This document shows, in pieces, positions 20,635-31,300 of a stretch of 64,000 bases of DNA. This stretch comes from a virus: the IMG/VR virus record IMGVR_UViG_3300013233_000773; one strand, given 5' to 3'. The translations under genes were made by a program, and so were the position numbers. Under the pieces are notes generated by a model. It saw nothing but the letters and a program-made list of their open reading frames with translations. It made no database searches and was not told the origin of the DNA. How positions within the stretch are numbered: position 1 is the stretch's first letter; each line of letters starts with the position of its first letter.

Positions 20635-21795
20635 CTATCTGGCCAACATTTCCCTGAACTGCCTGAGGAGGACTTCCTCCGTGATCTTCTTGACGTCCCG
20701 GTGGGGCGTGCCCCTGGTCAATGACTCCATGACGCTCAGCTGTGCGGTACTGACGGAGGGCTCGGCGACTGCGTCGAAGGTCACGATCGCGTAGCCGTCC
20801 TGGACCTCGTATACCTCGTCGCCCTCCTTGACGGTCAGGTCCATGTCTCCGACGCCCCTGCTGCTGACGCCGACCTGGATCTTCCTGTCAAGGAGGCATT
20901 CTAGCATTGCTCCGCACGGCATCCTGTCGTCGTTGATGACCTCGGCCTCGCCGTAGACGACGTCGCCCTCCATCCAGAGCTTGGTCATGAGGTGGGAGAC
21001 GCGGTCCATGTGAATCTTGGCGTCACAGTTTCCAGTCCAGTACGAGTGGCCTTTGTGCTCCATGTAGAAGCTGCCATGCTCCGTGGTCAGGCAATAGATG
21101 CGGCCCTTGTGTTGCCGCTCCTCGATCTGTATGGCGTCTGGGCAAAGAGATATGCTCTCAACATCTCCACCGTCCTCGACGCTGCGTGGTATGGAATGTC
21201 CGGCGAAGTTGGCCCTGTCCTCATAGATGGTCCTAGCAGTTGCAATGACCTGGTGCATCGTTCCGCTGCGGTCAACGTCCATGATAATCTTGTGCGGGCC
21301 AGTGAAGACATCGTCTATCCTCCTTCCAACGAAGGAGTATACTGGCCCTTCATATTCCTCATTGATCACGGACGTAACCTTCGACTCGACCATATGCCCA
21401 TCGACCCGTGAAAACACAACAGTTCCTACTGTAACATCGCTGAATGCCTTCCAGCCCTTCACGGTCAGAACGCGGAAGTCATCGTCTATCCGGCATGGAT
21501 GGTCGAACTCGCCCATGACGCGGCGTTCCTTGATCGCCTTCTGCATGGACTTCACGGCGTTCTCGAGGACCTTCTTGGGGTAGACTCTGCCGTTCTGGTT
21601 CTTCTCGTTGGCCTTCTGGAATATGCCGGTGACGCGCATGACCGGCGTGCCGCGCCTGCCTGTCGGGGAGTCCTCCTTGAGGACTCCCTTCTTCATGTCG
21701 AGCAGCTTGAGCGGCCTGGTGTCCCTGATAAGGCTTAGGCCATCCGGGACGTGTCCCGAGATGGCCATTTCCCGTAGTTCCATGATGGTCGGCAT
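20635..21795 (-). CDS. gp21: Prohead core protease (T4 gp21-like) containing a mini-intein
   Basis: GIFQKANEKNQNGRVYP, GEFDHP, GVSSRGVG and TFDAVAEPS motifs. Interrupted right after GEFDHP. Confidence 0.93.
   Translation of the reverse strand: MPTIMELREMAISGHVPDGLSLIRDTRPLKLLDMKKGVLKEDSPTGRRGTPVMRVTGIFQKANEKNQNGRVYPKKVLENAVKSMQKAIKERRVMGEFDHPCRIDDDFRVLTVKGWKAFSDVTVGTVVFSRVDGHMVESKVTSVINEEYEGPVYSFVGRRIDDVFTGPHKIIMDVDRSGTMHQVIATARTIYEDRANFAGHSIPRSVEDGGDVESISLCPDAIQIEERQHKGRIYCLTTEHGSFYMEHKGHSYWTGNCDAKIHMDRVSHLMTKLWMEGDVVYGEAEVINDDRMPCGAMLECLLDRKIQVGVSSRGVGDMDLTVKEGDEVYEVQDGYAIVTFDAVAEPSVSTAQLSVMESLTRGTPHRDVKKITEEVLLRQFREMLAR
21028..21495 (-). mobile_element. Mini-intein (156 aa) in prohead protease
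   Basis: N-terminal CRIDDDFRVLTVKGWK, block B FTGPH, block F IYCLTTEHGSF, C-terminal WTGN followed by +1 Cys. No endonuclease domain. Confidence 0.9.
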
Positions 21796-21816
21796 CTGGT
21801 CGTTCGCTCCCAGCCT

Positions 21817-24800
21817 CTACTTGCTAGAACGTGCAGGTTTGCCCCGGGACCCAGCGAGGTCGTCCTCGGTCCACTTCGGCTTCGGCTTCATCGTTCCGCC
21901 GTCGCCGTCCTTGCGGGCAGCCTGTTCACTGTTGTAGTCGGGATCGGTCGGCTTTCCGATGTCGTTGTCCTCGGTGACGCACGTGCAGGGGTTCTTGCCA
22001 CATTTCTCGCAACCGCAGTCGCACTCACCCTTTGCCTTGCCGCACGTCTTGCACTTTTCGGTCGCCTCGCCGAGCTTGCCGAGCTTGCCGAGCTTGCCGA
22101 ATCCGAAATCCTCTTCCTCATCTTCGGCCTCCTCTTCCTCCTCCTCCTCGGCTGCCTCCTCGGCGTCCTCTTCAGCCTCCTCGGCGTCCTCCTCAGCCTC
22201 CTCGGCGTCCTCCTCAGCCTCCTCGGCGTCCTCCAGTTCAGAGGCCTCCTCAGCCTCCTCGGAGCCCATGCCACCCTGCTCCTCCTCGGCCTCCTCGGAG
22301 CCCATACCACCCTGCTCCTCCTCTGCCTCCTCGGAGCCCATGTAGTCCATGTCGTCCATATCGTTCATGTCAGGAGGCATCCCACCCTCGCCACCCTCGC
22401 CACCGGACGGCAGTTCGGATGTCAGAGCCGCGATCTTGGACACGATCTCGTCATAAGGCTCGCTCGTGTCGATGTTCATGTCGAGGCTCTTGCCGTCGTC
22501 GTTCACCGAGACGTTCACGCTCGCCTCGTTGACTGCGGCACCGCCCCTCTTACGGCCTTCTTCCGTCTTGTTTATGGTGGCCCGCCCCTTGACCGGCATC
22601 GCCAACCTGCGACGCCTGGTCGGATCCTTGTACTGATCCTCGTCGGTGGTCCCAAGGTTCTTGTCGGCAACGCCGGAGCCTTCCTGCTCAGGATTGTCGC
22701 TCTTGCCGCCGCCAGCCTTGCGCCCATCGCTCGACGACGAGCTGCGCCCCGTGATGCCAGTGCCGCCCTTGGAGCCCATCTTGTCCTTGGCGCCACCGGC
22801 CGAGCGTCCATCGCTCTTGTCCAGGCTCGGCGTCAGGACTCCACCGGAGTCGCCACCGTCCCGGTCCATGCCGACCGCGCTGCCCACCTCCTCGTAGACG
22901 TCATACCCGCATCCGGGGCAGACCGCGCCCTGGTCCGTCAGGCATTCGACGATGCTCGTTCTGGTTCCGCAGTCAGGGCAGACTATCGAGTCCGCGAGCA
23001 TTCCCTTCCGGCTTCCCTTGAGGACCGCACCGGGATGCCCGTCCGGGCTGACGTTCATGTTCTCCGGGCTGGACTGACTGCCCATGGCCTTGCCGCGGGA
23101 CCTTGCCTGGTCCTTGCCGCCCTCCTGTCCGCCAGGCTTGACCTGCTTCATCTTCTCGGGCCAGGTGGTGTGGTCCTCCTCGATTCCATAGTCCTTGTTG
23201 ATCCGGACCTCGCAGCTCACGTCATAGGCGTATGGTTCGGTCTGCACGCCTTCGAGGTTGACCTTGGAGTTCTCGGCGATGATGCCGGCGAACGCCCTGG
23301 CAAGGACGTCGTCCCTGAGCTGACGCGCCCTATCCCGCAGTGCCCCGAGCACCATCCGCGCCGTGCCTGGATCGTCCGCGAAGGCAGTCGCAGACTCCCT
23401 CTTCCAGGCCTTCAATTCCTTCCGTAGGAGGTTCCTGTCGAGCCTGGAGACGTCCTCACGGAGTCTCCGGACAAGGGATTCGGTCGGGCCGTAGCCGCAT
23501 TCGCAGACGTCACCCTCCATCATGGCTCCGCAGTCGGGACACTTACCCTTCTTGCCTGCATCCTCCATGGCGTAGCCACACTCGCACATGTCGCCTTCCA
23601 TCATGGCTCCGCACTTGGGGCACTTGCCCTTCTTGCCTGCATCCTCCATGGCGTAGCCACACTCGCACATGTCGCCTTCCATCATGGCTCCGCACTTGGG
23701 GCACTTGCCCTTCTTGCCTTCCCTGATGGTACGTCCGCGACGGCTTCGCGACTCGAGGGCCGAAAGGAGGTCGTTGCCTTCCTCTTCGCCCCCTTCGCCC
23801 CCTTCTTCTTCGCCGAACGGGAGGGCACCTTCCTCTCCTTCACCCTCCTCTTCACCCTCTCCCTCTTCGCCGCCGAGGTCCTGATCGCCGAAGGGCTCTG
23901 GTTCCTCGAGTTCCGGAATGCGGTCGTAGTCGGCGAGGCTGTCGATGTCGTTCAGGAGGTTCTCGGAAGTCGAGGCGACCAGTTCCTCAACCTCCATGAG
24001 GGTCGCGTCGTCGACGTCGTCCTTGGTGCCCTCGAGGCGGACGATGTATTCGTCTAGGGCGTCGGTGAGGTCCTTGTCGTTGCTGCCGGAGACTACGTCC
24101 CGCATGTTCTTGAGGGCGGTGAGGTACATCCTGGCCTTGGCGGACTTGGTGCTGACGTCCTCGGTGAAGACGACGTCAAGGAACCTGTCGTAGGCATCCT
24201 CGAAGTCCTTCGCCTCGTCCAGGAGCCGCACGTTCTCAACGAGCGGTGCGTGCTCTGCCATCCGGGCGACCTTCTTCCACTCGTTGACGATCACGTCCCG
24301 GTTGACGAAGCAGTTCGTCCTATACACGACCTTGGACACGTCCTCGATGAGCCTATCGTTGAAGCACAGCTTGGTGGCCAGGACGTTCTTGACGAGCTCT
24401 CTGGTAGAGTGCCTGTCAAGCAGGGAGAACTCCTGCTCCTCGGAAAGGAAGGCCGCAAGGTTCTTGACGGCGTCCTCTACCTTGCCCTCGCTGATCAGCG
24501 CGGCAACGTGCCCGAGACGCTTCTGGAAGCCGTCGGCCAGGTAGGCCTTCTCTGCGATCCTACACATGCTGCGGGCCACGACCCTGCGCCTGGTCAGCTC
24601 GCTCACTGGCAGCAGGAAGGGCTTGTCGTTGAAGGTCGCCTCGACGATGCGCCCGCGCTGCACCTTGACGGTATCGGACAGTGCATCGACGACGCGGCGG
24701 ACGATATCTCGCCTGGAGTCCTCGGAGACGATCGACTCCTCCACGGGCACACGCCGGGTGACGCCGTCCCTGGTGGTCACCAAACCGTTCGGCGGAACCA

Positions 24801-25215
24801 CTCGGGACCTGAACCGGTGCCGGGTTATCTTGCTGAAGCAGGAGTCGGCCTTGCGGACGTCCTCATCCTGGACGGCCTCGACCAGGTCCAGGACGTCCTC
24901 GTGGAAGTTGTGTGGCTTCTCGGACTCTACGATGCGGATGCGCCTCGGATCGGAGATCCTGACGCGGCCCTTGCCGAGGTGCTTAACGCCGGCAACGTAG
25001 TAGTTGCCGTCGTCCTGGTCCTCGAAGACGACCGAGCTCCTGTCGAGCGATGCGAGCCGCCAGCGGCGGTTGACCTTCTCGCCCATCTGCTGGATGCGTT
25101 CGCTGAATAGGGCCGTCTGGCTCTGAGCACCGGAGTTTATGGTCCTCAGAAACTTGCGGGCGTCCATCGTGACGACGTGCTCCGCACCATTCCTGCTCTT
25201 CGTGGATTGCCTCAT
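21817..25215 (-). CDS. Large acidic head-core/internal protein with Cys-rich and Glu-rich repeats
   Basis: 1132 aa between portal and protease. Globular N-terminal ~430 aa followed by low-complexity repeats and CxxC motifs. Confidence 0.8.
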   Translation of the reverse strand: MRQSTKSRNGAEHVVTMDARKFLRTINSGAQSQTALFSERIQQMGEKVNRRWRLASLDRSSVVFEDQDDGNYYVAGVKHLGKGRVRISDPRRIRIVESEKPHNFHEDVLDLVEAVQDEDVRKADSCFSKITRHRFRSRVVPPNGLVTTRDGVTRRVPVEESIVSEDSRRDIVRRVVDALSDTVKVQRGRIVEATFNDKPFLLPVSELTRRRVVARSMCRIAEKAYLADGFQKRLGHVAALISEGKVEDAVKNLAAFLSEEQEFSLLDRHSTRELVKNVLATKLCFNDRLIEDVSKVVYRTNCFVNRDVIVNEWKKVARMAEHAPLVENVRLLDEAKDFEDAYDRFLDVVFTEDVSTKSAKARMYLTALKNMRDVVSGSNDKDLTDALDEYIVRLEGTKDDVDDATLMEVEELVASTSENLLNDIDSLADYDRIPELEEPEPFGDQDLGGEEGEGEEEGEGEEGALPFGEEEGGEGGEEEGNDLLSALESRSRRGRTIREGKKGKCPKCGAMMEGDMCECGYAMEDAGKKGKCPKCGAMMEGDMCECGYAMEDAGKKGKCPDCGAMMEGDVCECGYGPTESLVRRLREDVSRLDRNLLRKELKAWKRESATAFADDPGTARMVLGALRDRARQLRDDVLARAFAGIIAENSKVNLEGVQTEPYAYDVSCEVRINKDYGIEEDHTTWPEKMKQVKPGGQEGGKDQARSRGKAMGSQSSPENMNVSPDGHPGAVLKGSRKGMLADSIVCPDCGTRTSIVECLTDQGAVCPGCGYDVYEEVGSAVGMDRDGGDSGGVLTPSLDKSDGRSAGGAKDKMGSKGGTGITGRSSSSSDGRKAGGGKSDNPEQEGSGVADKNLGTTDEDQYKDPTRRRRLAMPVKGRATINKTEEGRKRGGAAVNEASVNVSVNDDGKSLDMNIDTSEPYDEIVSKIAALTSELPSGGEGGEGGMPPDMNDMDDMDYMGSEEAEEEQGGMGSEEAEEEQGGMGSEEAEEASELEDAEEAEEDAEEAEEDAEEAEEDAEEAAEEEEEEEAEDEEEDFGFGKLGKLGKLGEATEKCKTCGKAKGECDCGCEKCGKNPCTCVTEDNDIGKPTDPDYNSEQAARKDGDGGTMKPKPKWTEDDLAGSRGKPARSSK
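22070..22340 (-). repeat. Cluster of short coding tandem repeats (GKL)n, (EEAEEDA)n and GGMGSEEAEEEQ
   Basis: 9-bp gccgagctt units, 21-bp cctcggcgtcctcctcag-like units and 36-bp GGMGSEEAEEEQ units are visible in sequence and translation. Confidence 0.9.
23491..23718 (-). repeat. 81-bp tandem repeat encoding GKKGKCPKCGAMMEGDMCECGYAMEDA (2 full + 1 partial)
   Basis: Read directly. Each unit has a CxxC...CxC zinc-ribbon-like pattern. Confidence 0.95.
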
Positions 25216-25302
25216 GTCAGGGCCGCTCCAATGACGGGTACCGGATTACCAATCGAACCTATTTTTGCCGACGGTGCACCGTTCTCGATGGCGGACGCCG
25301 GG

Positions 25303-26982
25303 CTAGTCTGGCATGGACTCCGCCGCCTCGCTGACGTACTCGGGCATCTCCTCGTCGACCGCCTCCAGAAGGACCTTAGTCTTCCTCTTGGATTCGTTCG
25401 TCAGGTCGCTGTCCACCACGCTCTCGAGGACATCACTCCCTACCTTCAGTCCATACAGCTCGTTCGAGTTCACGTAATGCTTCAGGGGCGGAGTGATCCT
25501 CTTCGAGTCGTCGTACTGTCCGAGCAGGGAGTCCGTGCTACTGGTCCTGCTGAAGTCCTCGATCAGGAGCCTGTCCTCGTCGTCCACGGCGTCCTCGGTG
25601 CTCAGTTTGGCGTTCCTACGGTCCTTCATCATGCGGATCTCGTCCGGAGTCATGTCCGTAAAGCGCTCCACTATCCACTCCTCTGGGAAGAAGCCAAGAT
25701 CCTTGAGGTTGCCCATGATCTCCGTACGGGTGTTCCACGTCTCGATACGGTACAGCTCATCTATCGCGGAGGAGGCAGTCATCGACAGATCGAACTTACT
25801 GATCTCGGAGACCGGATAGTTCCGCATGGCAAGGTGCACTATCACCAGCTTCTTCAGGCCCGCCACGACCTCCCTCTGGATCCACTGGATCGCCTTGGCG
25901 AACTCTGGAGAAACTGAGGCCAGGGACTTTCCGTCCATGTCCGCAGCCTCTCCGATGCCGACCCGGTTGAACGGAATCTTGAGCCCGGTAACCATCTTCT
26001 TCTTGAAGTACTCTATGTCCGCTATCTGGTCCAGGTTCTCGGCGCCAGGCAGGGTGTCAATCGTCGGGCCGGTGCCGTCCGCGCGCTTCGGAAGGAAGAA
26101 GTCGTCCTCCTGTATGAGCGGGTTCCAGCGCTCATTGACCTTACCGGTGGCCGGGTCGACGAACTTGTGCTTCTTCATCTGCCTGGCGATGAGCTCCATG
26201 TACTGCGGAACCTCCTTCGGAGGGATGTTCCCCACCGGGATCGAGAAGATCCTCTTCTCCGGAGCCCTCGTGATCCTGTAGACCAGTGCAGCGTCCTCCA
26301 TCAAGCGCAGGCGCTTATAGTCCTTGCGGCCACCGTCCAGAATGGACCGACCATAGGGAGCATAGACCGTCTCGAACGACGAGAGCCGCAGGTGCATGAC
26401 CTGCCAGGGATGCAGGAACCTGGGCTCGCTGCCGAAGGCATCCTGGAAGTAGAAGCCGACGAGGTCCCCGAACTTGGTCTGGACCCGCGTCACGTTGTAC
26501 ACGTTCAGGAACTTGAAGTCAGCCACCCCGTCGCGGGACTGCGTCGGAACGATCTCCGAAAGGAAATCCCCATACTTGCACAGGTACCTGATCAGAGGCC
26601 TAACCCGGCTGTCGATCAGTACCGTGTCGTATAGGAAGTCCTCGATCGCCTTCTGGAGAGGCCTGGACGCGGCCCGGACGATGACCGTGTGCTTGCGCTC
26701 GGAGTCTATCAGTGACGACTCGTCGCTGTAGATGTCGAGGGCAGCGGAGACCTCACCCACCTCGTCCATCATGTCATAGTCCTTGTAGCGTTCCAGGCGG
26801 TTTATCTGCAGGTTCGTCTGCTCAAGCAGGGCGGACTGCTTGGCGAAGTTCAGGAACTGCCCACCCTGCGTGATCCTCGACAGGTCACTCTGGTCCTGAT
26901 AGAGCGAATCGGAACGGTACAGGTTGGCCCTGCGCATATAGGCCCGGACCCTGTCCCATAGCTGCCACTTAGGTAAGGCCAT
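25303..26982 (-). CDS. gp20: Portal protein (T4 gp20-like)
   Basis: LRLMEDAALVYRITRAPEKRIFSIPVGNIP, EDDFFLPKR, IDTLPG, DIEYFKKKM. GGAGG RBS. Confidence 0.96.
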   Translation of the reverse strand: MALPKWQLWDRVRAYMRRANLYRSDSLYQDQSDLSRITQGGQFLNFAKQSALLEQTNLQINRLERYKDYDMMDEVGEVSAALDIYSDESSLIDSERKHTVIVRAASRPLQKAIEDFLYDTVLIDSRVRPLIRYLCKYGDFLSEIVPTQSRDGVADFKFLNVYNVTRVQTKFGDLVGFYFQDAFGSEPRFLHPWQVMHLRLSSFETVYAPYGRSILDGGRKDYKRLRLMEDAALVYRITRAPEKRIFSIPVGNIPPKEVPQYMELIARQMKKHKFVDPATGKVNERWNPLIQEDDFFLPKRADGTGPTIDTLPGAENLDQIADIEYFKKKMVTGLKIPFNRVGIGEAADMDGKSLASVSPEFAKAIQWIQREVVAGLKKLVIVHLAMRNYPVSEISKFDLSMTASSAIDELYRIETWNTRTEIMGNLKDLGFFPEEWIVERFTDMTPDEIRMMKDRRNAKLSTEDAVDDEDRLLIEDFSRTSSTDSLLGQYDDSKRITPPLKHYVNSNELYGLKVGSDVLESVVDSDLTNESKRKTKVLLEAVDEEMPEYVSEAAESMPD

Positions 26983-27002
26983 CCGCACACCTCCAGACAG
27001 GG

Positions 27003-28301
27003 TCAGTCTCTCACGAAGATATATTTTTTGAGAGGCGGCAGACGCACCTTCCTATAGCCGAACCTCCGCGCAAACTGCGCCTCGGTCATGTGGCTGGACC
27101 TAGCCCGGTTATAGAGCGTCTTCTTGTGCAGCTTCCACCCGTCCTCCCCCACGTAGAAGTAAGTCCCTGCAGTCTCGCCCATAAAGGACCAGTTTGAGGC
27201 GAGATATATCGTGCCGAGATGACCGTCCCCCGGACTGGCGTAGCTTATGACCGCACGGCACTTCTCCGGCAGCATCCTGACGAACCTCGACAGGGCACGG
27301 CTTGGCAGGTTGCGGCAGGACACCCCGCTCGATATGCAGAACCTAGTCAGCTCAAGGACCTCCCCATGTCCGAAACCGGTGCCCAGGCACGACTCGTTCC
27401 TGGTCGGATGGGCGAACACCGCTCCGCAGACCAGCTCGTCCCCGACGAACCCGCCAAGCTGCACACCGGCACGCCCCATCGAGCCGAGATAATGGTTCGA
27501 GGACATGAACGCACGCATGGCACCGAGGTCGACCACGCCGAACCGGACGTCGCGCAGCCTGACCTTCCTGACCGTCGAACCAAGGCCAAGCCACCTCTCC
27601 ACGGCACTCCTCACCCTTGCCGGATCATAGAGCTGATGCTCCCACACCACCCTAAGCTCGTAGCCCGGAAGGCCGGCTACGTAGGACGCCTTCGCCTCGT
27701 CCCTGCGGATCACGTACGGACGCGTGTGCCAGTAGTTGCCGTGCACCTCTATCAGGACGGTCTTCTCTCCACGGTCGACGGCCACGTCGAACGAGTACGG
27801 CCCCACGGCGACCTCCGTGCGGTACTCGACCCCCATCGACCCCAGTACGTCATGAAAGCGGACCTCCGTACCGGATACCCTTCCAGACTGCTGTGACCTG
27901 GCGACGGCATGGGCCCGGCGGTACTCCTCGCTCCTCCAGGCCCTGGCTGCAGCCTCCGAACACTTCCTGCGGCTAGACTGGTCGGACACGGCTATGGCAT
28001 GTCGTCTGCGGTACTCCGGATCGGACCAGAGCCTGGTCGAGGCGTCCTTTCTATGTCTGCGGTATTCTGTATCGGCCCATCGCCTCGAGGCGGCCGTGGA
28101 CAGACGCTGCCTGGTGCCGGAGCCTCTCGATGCGCACGATGGGCACCACCAGTCCATCTGTCCATCCCTTATCCTGGACTTGACGCGCACGGTGATGGCC
28201 CTGATCGTTCCACAGCCGTCGCAGCGGACCATGACCCTGGGCCTGTATGTTGACATGTCGGTGCCACCGAGTTCTCTTGCGGTCAGGTCCCAGTCTATCA
28301 T
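27003..28301 (-). mobile_element. Zn-ribbon/helical-repeat/Vsr(DUF559)-like endonuclease-Mom fusion between terminase and portal
   Basis: CDGC...CPSC; four W.D/S..YR repeats; GPYSFD...LIEVHGNYWH...RDEAK...VWE; then NHYLG...ELTRFC...SYASPGDGHLGTIYLASNW. Confidence 0.85.
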
Positions 28302-28308
28302 GGCATAT

Positions 28309-31300
28309 CTACCGCGATGGACGCCTAATGACCGGCCGGACGGCCTGGTCGAACTTGACCTGCTTGGCCTTTCTCTGCAGGAAGGGAACCTGCTCGGAGC
28401 TCATCGTGATGCCGCCCATGGACGCCGCGAACCTGCGCAGCTCGTCGCCTGGCATTGCGGTCTCGGCTCCTCCTCCGGGAATGAGCGGAAGCATCGCCTG
28501 CGCTCCGCCGGCCTGCAGCATCCTGCCCATGCGCGCAGTATCCCCTGCCGTAAGGAGGGGCTCGTCCTCTGACTTGTTTGCCTGCATCGGAACCAGCGAC
28601 GATGGGTCGGCGATGGAGGCGTTCTTGATTCCGACGCAGGCGAGGGCCAGCGCGATGGTCAGGTCGTCGTGATTACCAGGACCCTCTACGCACCCGGTGC
28701 GCTTCGATCCCAGATGGACATAGATGTGGAGCTGCTCCACGATCCGCTTACTCAAGACCGTCACTCCGTCCTCGCCGAGATAGTCCATTAGGGCCTTGTT
28801 TAACATGGGCTTGTGGACCGGACTGGTCGGGAAGCCAACTTTCCTGCTCGGCCGTCCGCTCGGCATAGGCATACGGAAGATGTTGGAGTAGGCGAAGTCG
28901 TTGTACAGGGAGGTGCAGATGGGCTGCCCTATGCCCGTGCGCTCGGGGACGCAGAAGGAGTTGTTGTACCACCTACCGATGTAGTCGATCATCATGACGA
29001 GGGTGGTCGGCAGGACGCGTATGAGCATCTCGGCCACCTGTTCCAAGGTGTTGCAGTCAACTACCACGATCGCCGAGTAGTCAGACGCCTCTCCGCTGGA
29101 GATGTCGACTCCGACAGAATAAGCGTGCCCGGAGGCTCCCGGCCTGATGATCCGACCGTTCTCCATGACGTCTGGCTCTGGCTTGACCGGCGGCTTCCAT
29201 ATGCGGAGCTGCCTCTGGAAGTCCAGAATGTGCCTGGCCCCGGTAGTCGGGTGGATATAGGGAACGGGCTCGGCGATGAAGTATTTGTCGCTGACTGCCG
29301 TGTCCAGGTGAACGAGCACGTCCCGGGGAACGACCGTCTGCCCGGTTCCTATGAACTCTGCGAGGACTTCCTGCCTAAACTTGTGGGACTCGCCCTTCTG
29401 TTGGAGGGCCCGGTACTGCTCCTCTAGCCATGGGCTCCAGTATGGACCCCATTTCTCCCTTTCTCCCTTGGTGACGCATTCCCTTATTCCGTCAGTGGGA
29501 CAGATCCTGTTCACCTCTCCGGTAAAGTCGTCTCGGTACTCGATCGCCCAGTCCATGTCCCACCACATGATCTCGATTGGGTTGAACTCGTTGCTCTTGC
29601 TTGCAGCATCCTCCCAGGTGGTGTGGTACCAGTTTCCCACGCCGTTGACGGTGGAGATGACCACGACGGAGCCGCCGTGGATCAAGGTATTGTGGCTCAC
29701 GAAGCCGTTTGCAATATAGGTGTTGTTCGTCGGCACGCTTAGGTCTGCCGTAAGCGTGCTATCGTTCTCTATGCTGACGATCTTGTCGAACACCAGGCCC
29801 TTATCCAGCAACCGCCCCAGCTTGGTAGTGCCGTCGCTTATCTCCAGTGCTCTTTGATAGGGGATCCGGCACGTCCTCCTATAGCCATAGATCCTCGCCC
29901 TCTGCTTCTTGTCCGTCGTTGTCCTCAATGCCGCGTCGCAAAGCTCTTCGACGACAGGATGTTCTATGCAGAGCCCATTTTCCTGTTTCGGATCCTGAAG
30001 TACGACACTGTTCTTTCCGTTGGACAGGAAACCGATCTTGTTCTGGAATCTCTGACAGTTCCGCCTGTCCAGGACGCCTATAACATAGCCCCCAGAGCTA
30101 CCTTCAAAGCCGCCAGATCTGGTCACAGAAGTATGTGTTAGAATTCCCAATGACAACAGGGAAGTGCGCACCTGATCGGCCAACGTTGCAGATGACGTTG
30201 ACAGGGAAATCCTGCCTCCCGTAATAGTGCCGTCGGCTTCGAACAACCCACGCAGGAAAGCACAGAGGATCTGGGGACCGCTCGCAAGGACTGGTGCCGG
30301 TATCTGTGCGTCGAAGGCATTCGTCTTGCTGTTCAGCCCCTGTCGGACGAGCCAGTCGACGAAGCTCGCGTTATTGACCCTTACCTCCAGCGTGTCATGT
30401 CCTGGCTCTATATAGGAGGAGACACCAACCTTGGCATACCTGTCGACCAGCTTCCTCGGTAGGTCCCCATAGCCGGGATCGCAGCTTAACTTGATCCTCT
30501 TTGGTCTCTTCTCAGACAACCAGCCATCGCCGACATAGTAGCCCAGAATCTCTGCTAGTTCCTCGGTCATCCTTTCAGGAGGAACGAAGTCACCGTGATG
30601 CGCGCAAGAAGGACAGACATAATGTCCGGAATCGTCTCTAAAGCGTCGAAGCGAGACAACCCTTCTGGTGAAGGATTTGTGACATCTCTTACAGGAGACG
30701 TCTATCTGGTCCTTGTCGCTGCATCCATCAAGACAGACAAGGGCCGGTTCCGGATCTGCAAGGCTGACTGGCTCACCCACGCAGGTGTTCAACATTAGAC
30801 ACGCCAGGTTACCGTTCTGAACGCAGCTCAGCCTCTTCCAGGCATAGTCCTCGTCCAAGACTTTGATCCGATGTCTTGAAGTAGCCTCGAACTCGTATCC
30901 GAGAGAAGTCCTGATCCTGATGGTCCTGCAGTATCCGTTGTTCCAGATCGCATTGCTCGACTGTGGCCCTGCATCGGTCGGAAGCACTATGTCCTGAGGG
31001 GCGTACGTCTTTGCGCCCGGGCTGCCTGCTTCCTCGAGCATCTTGTCGATGCGCTTCAGGCCGCGGCCGGTCGACACTACCGTGCCGTAGGCGCAGCAGG
31101 GCTGGGCGCCGGCCCACATGTCGTCCATGCTGGGCATGAAGGCGGCCTCGTCGATGATGTTCAGGGAGGCCGACTCGGACCGCATGGTGTCCTTGCTGGA
31201 GGTCAGGGACTTTATGACGGAGCCGTTAGAGAAGCCGACGGAGTGCTCGTTATAGAGATCCGGCGGATCGCCGTAGATGTCCTTGTATAGCCTTGGCAGG

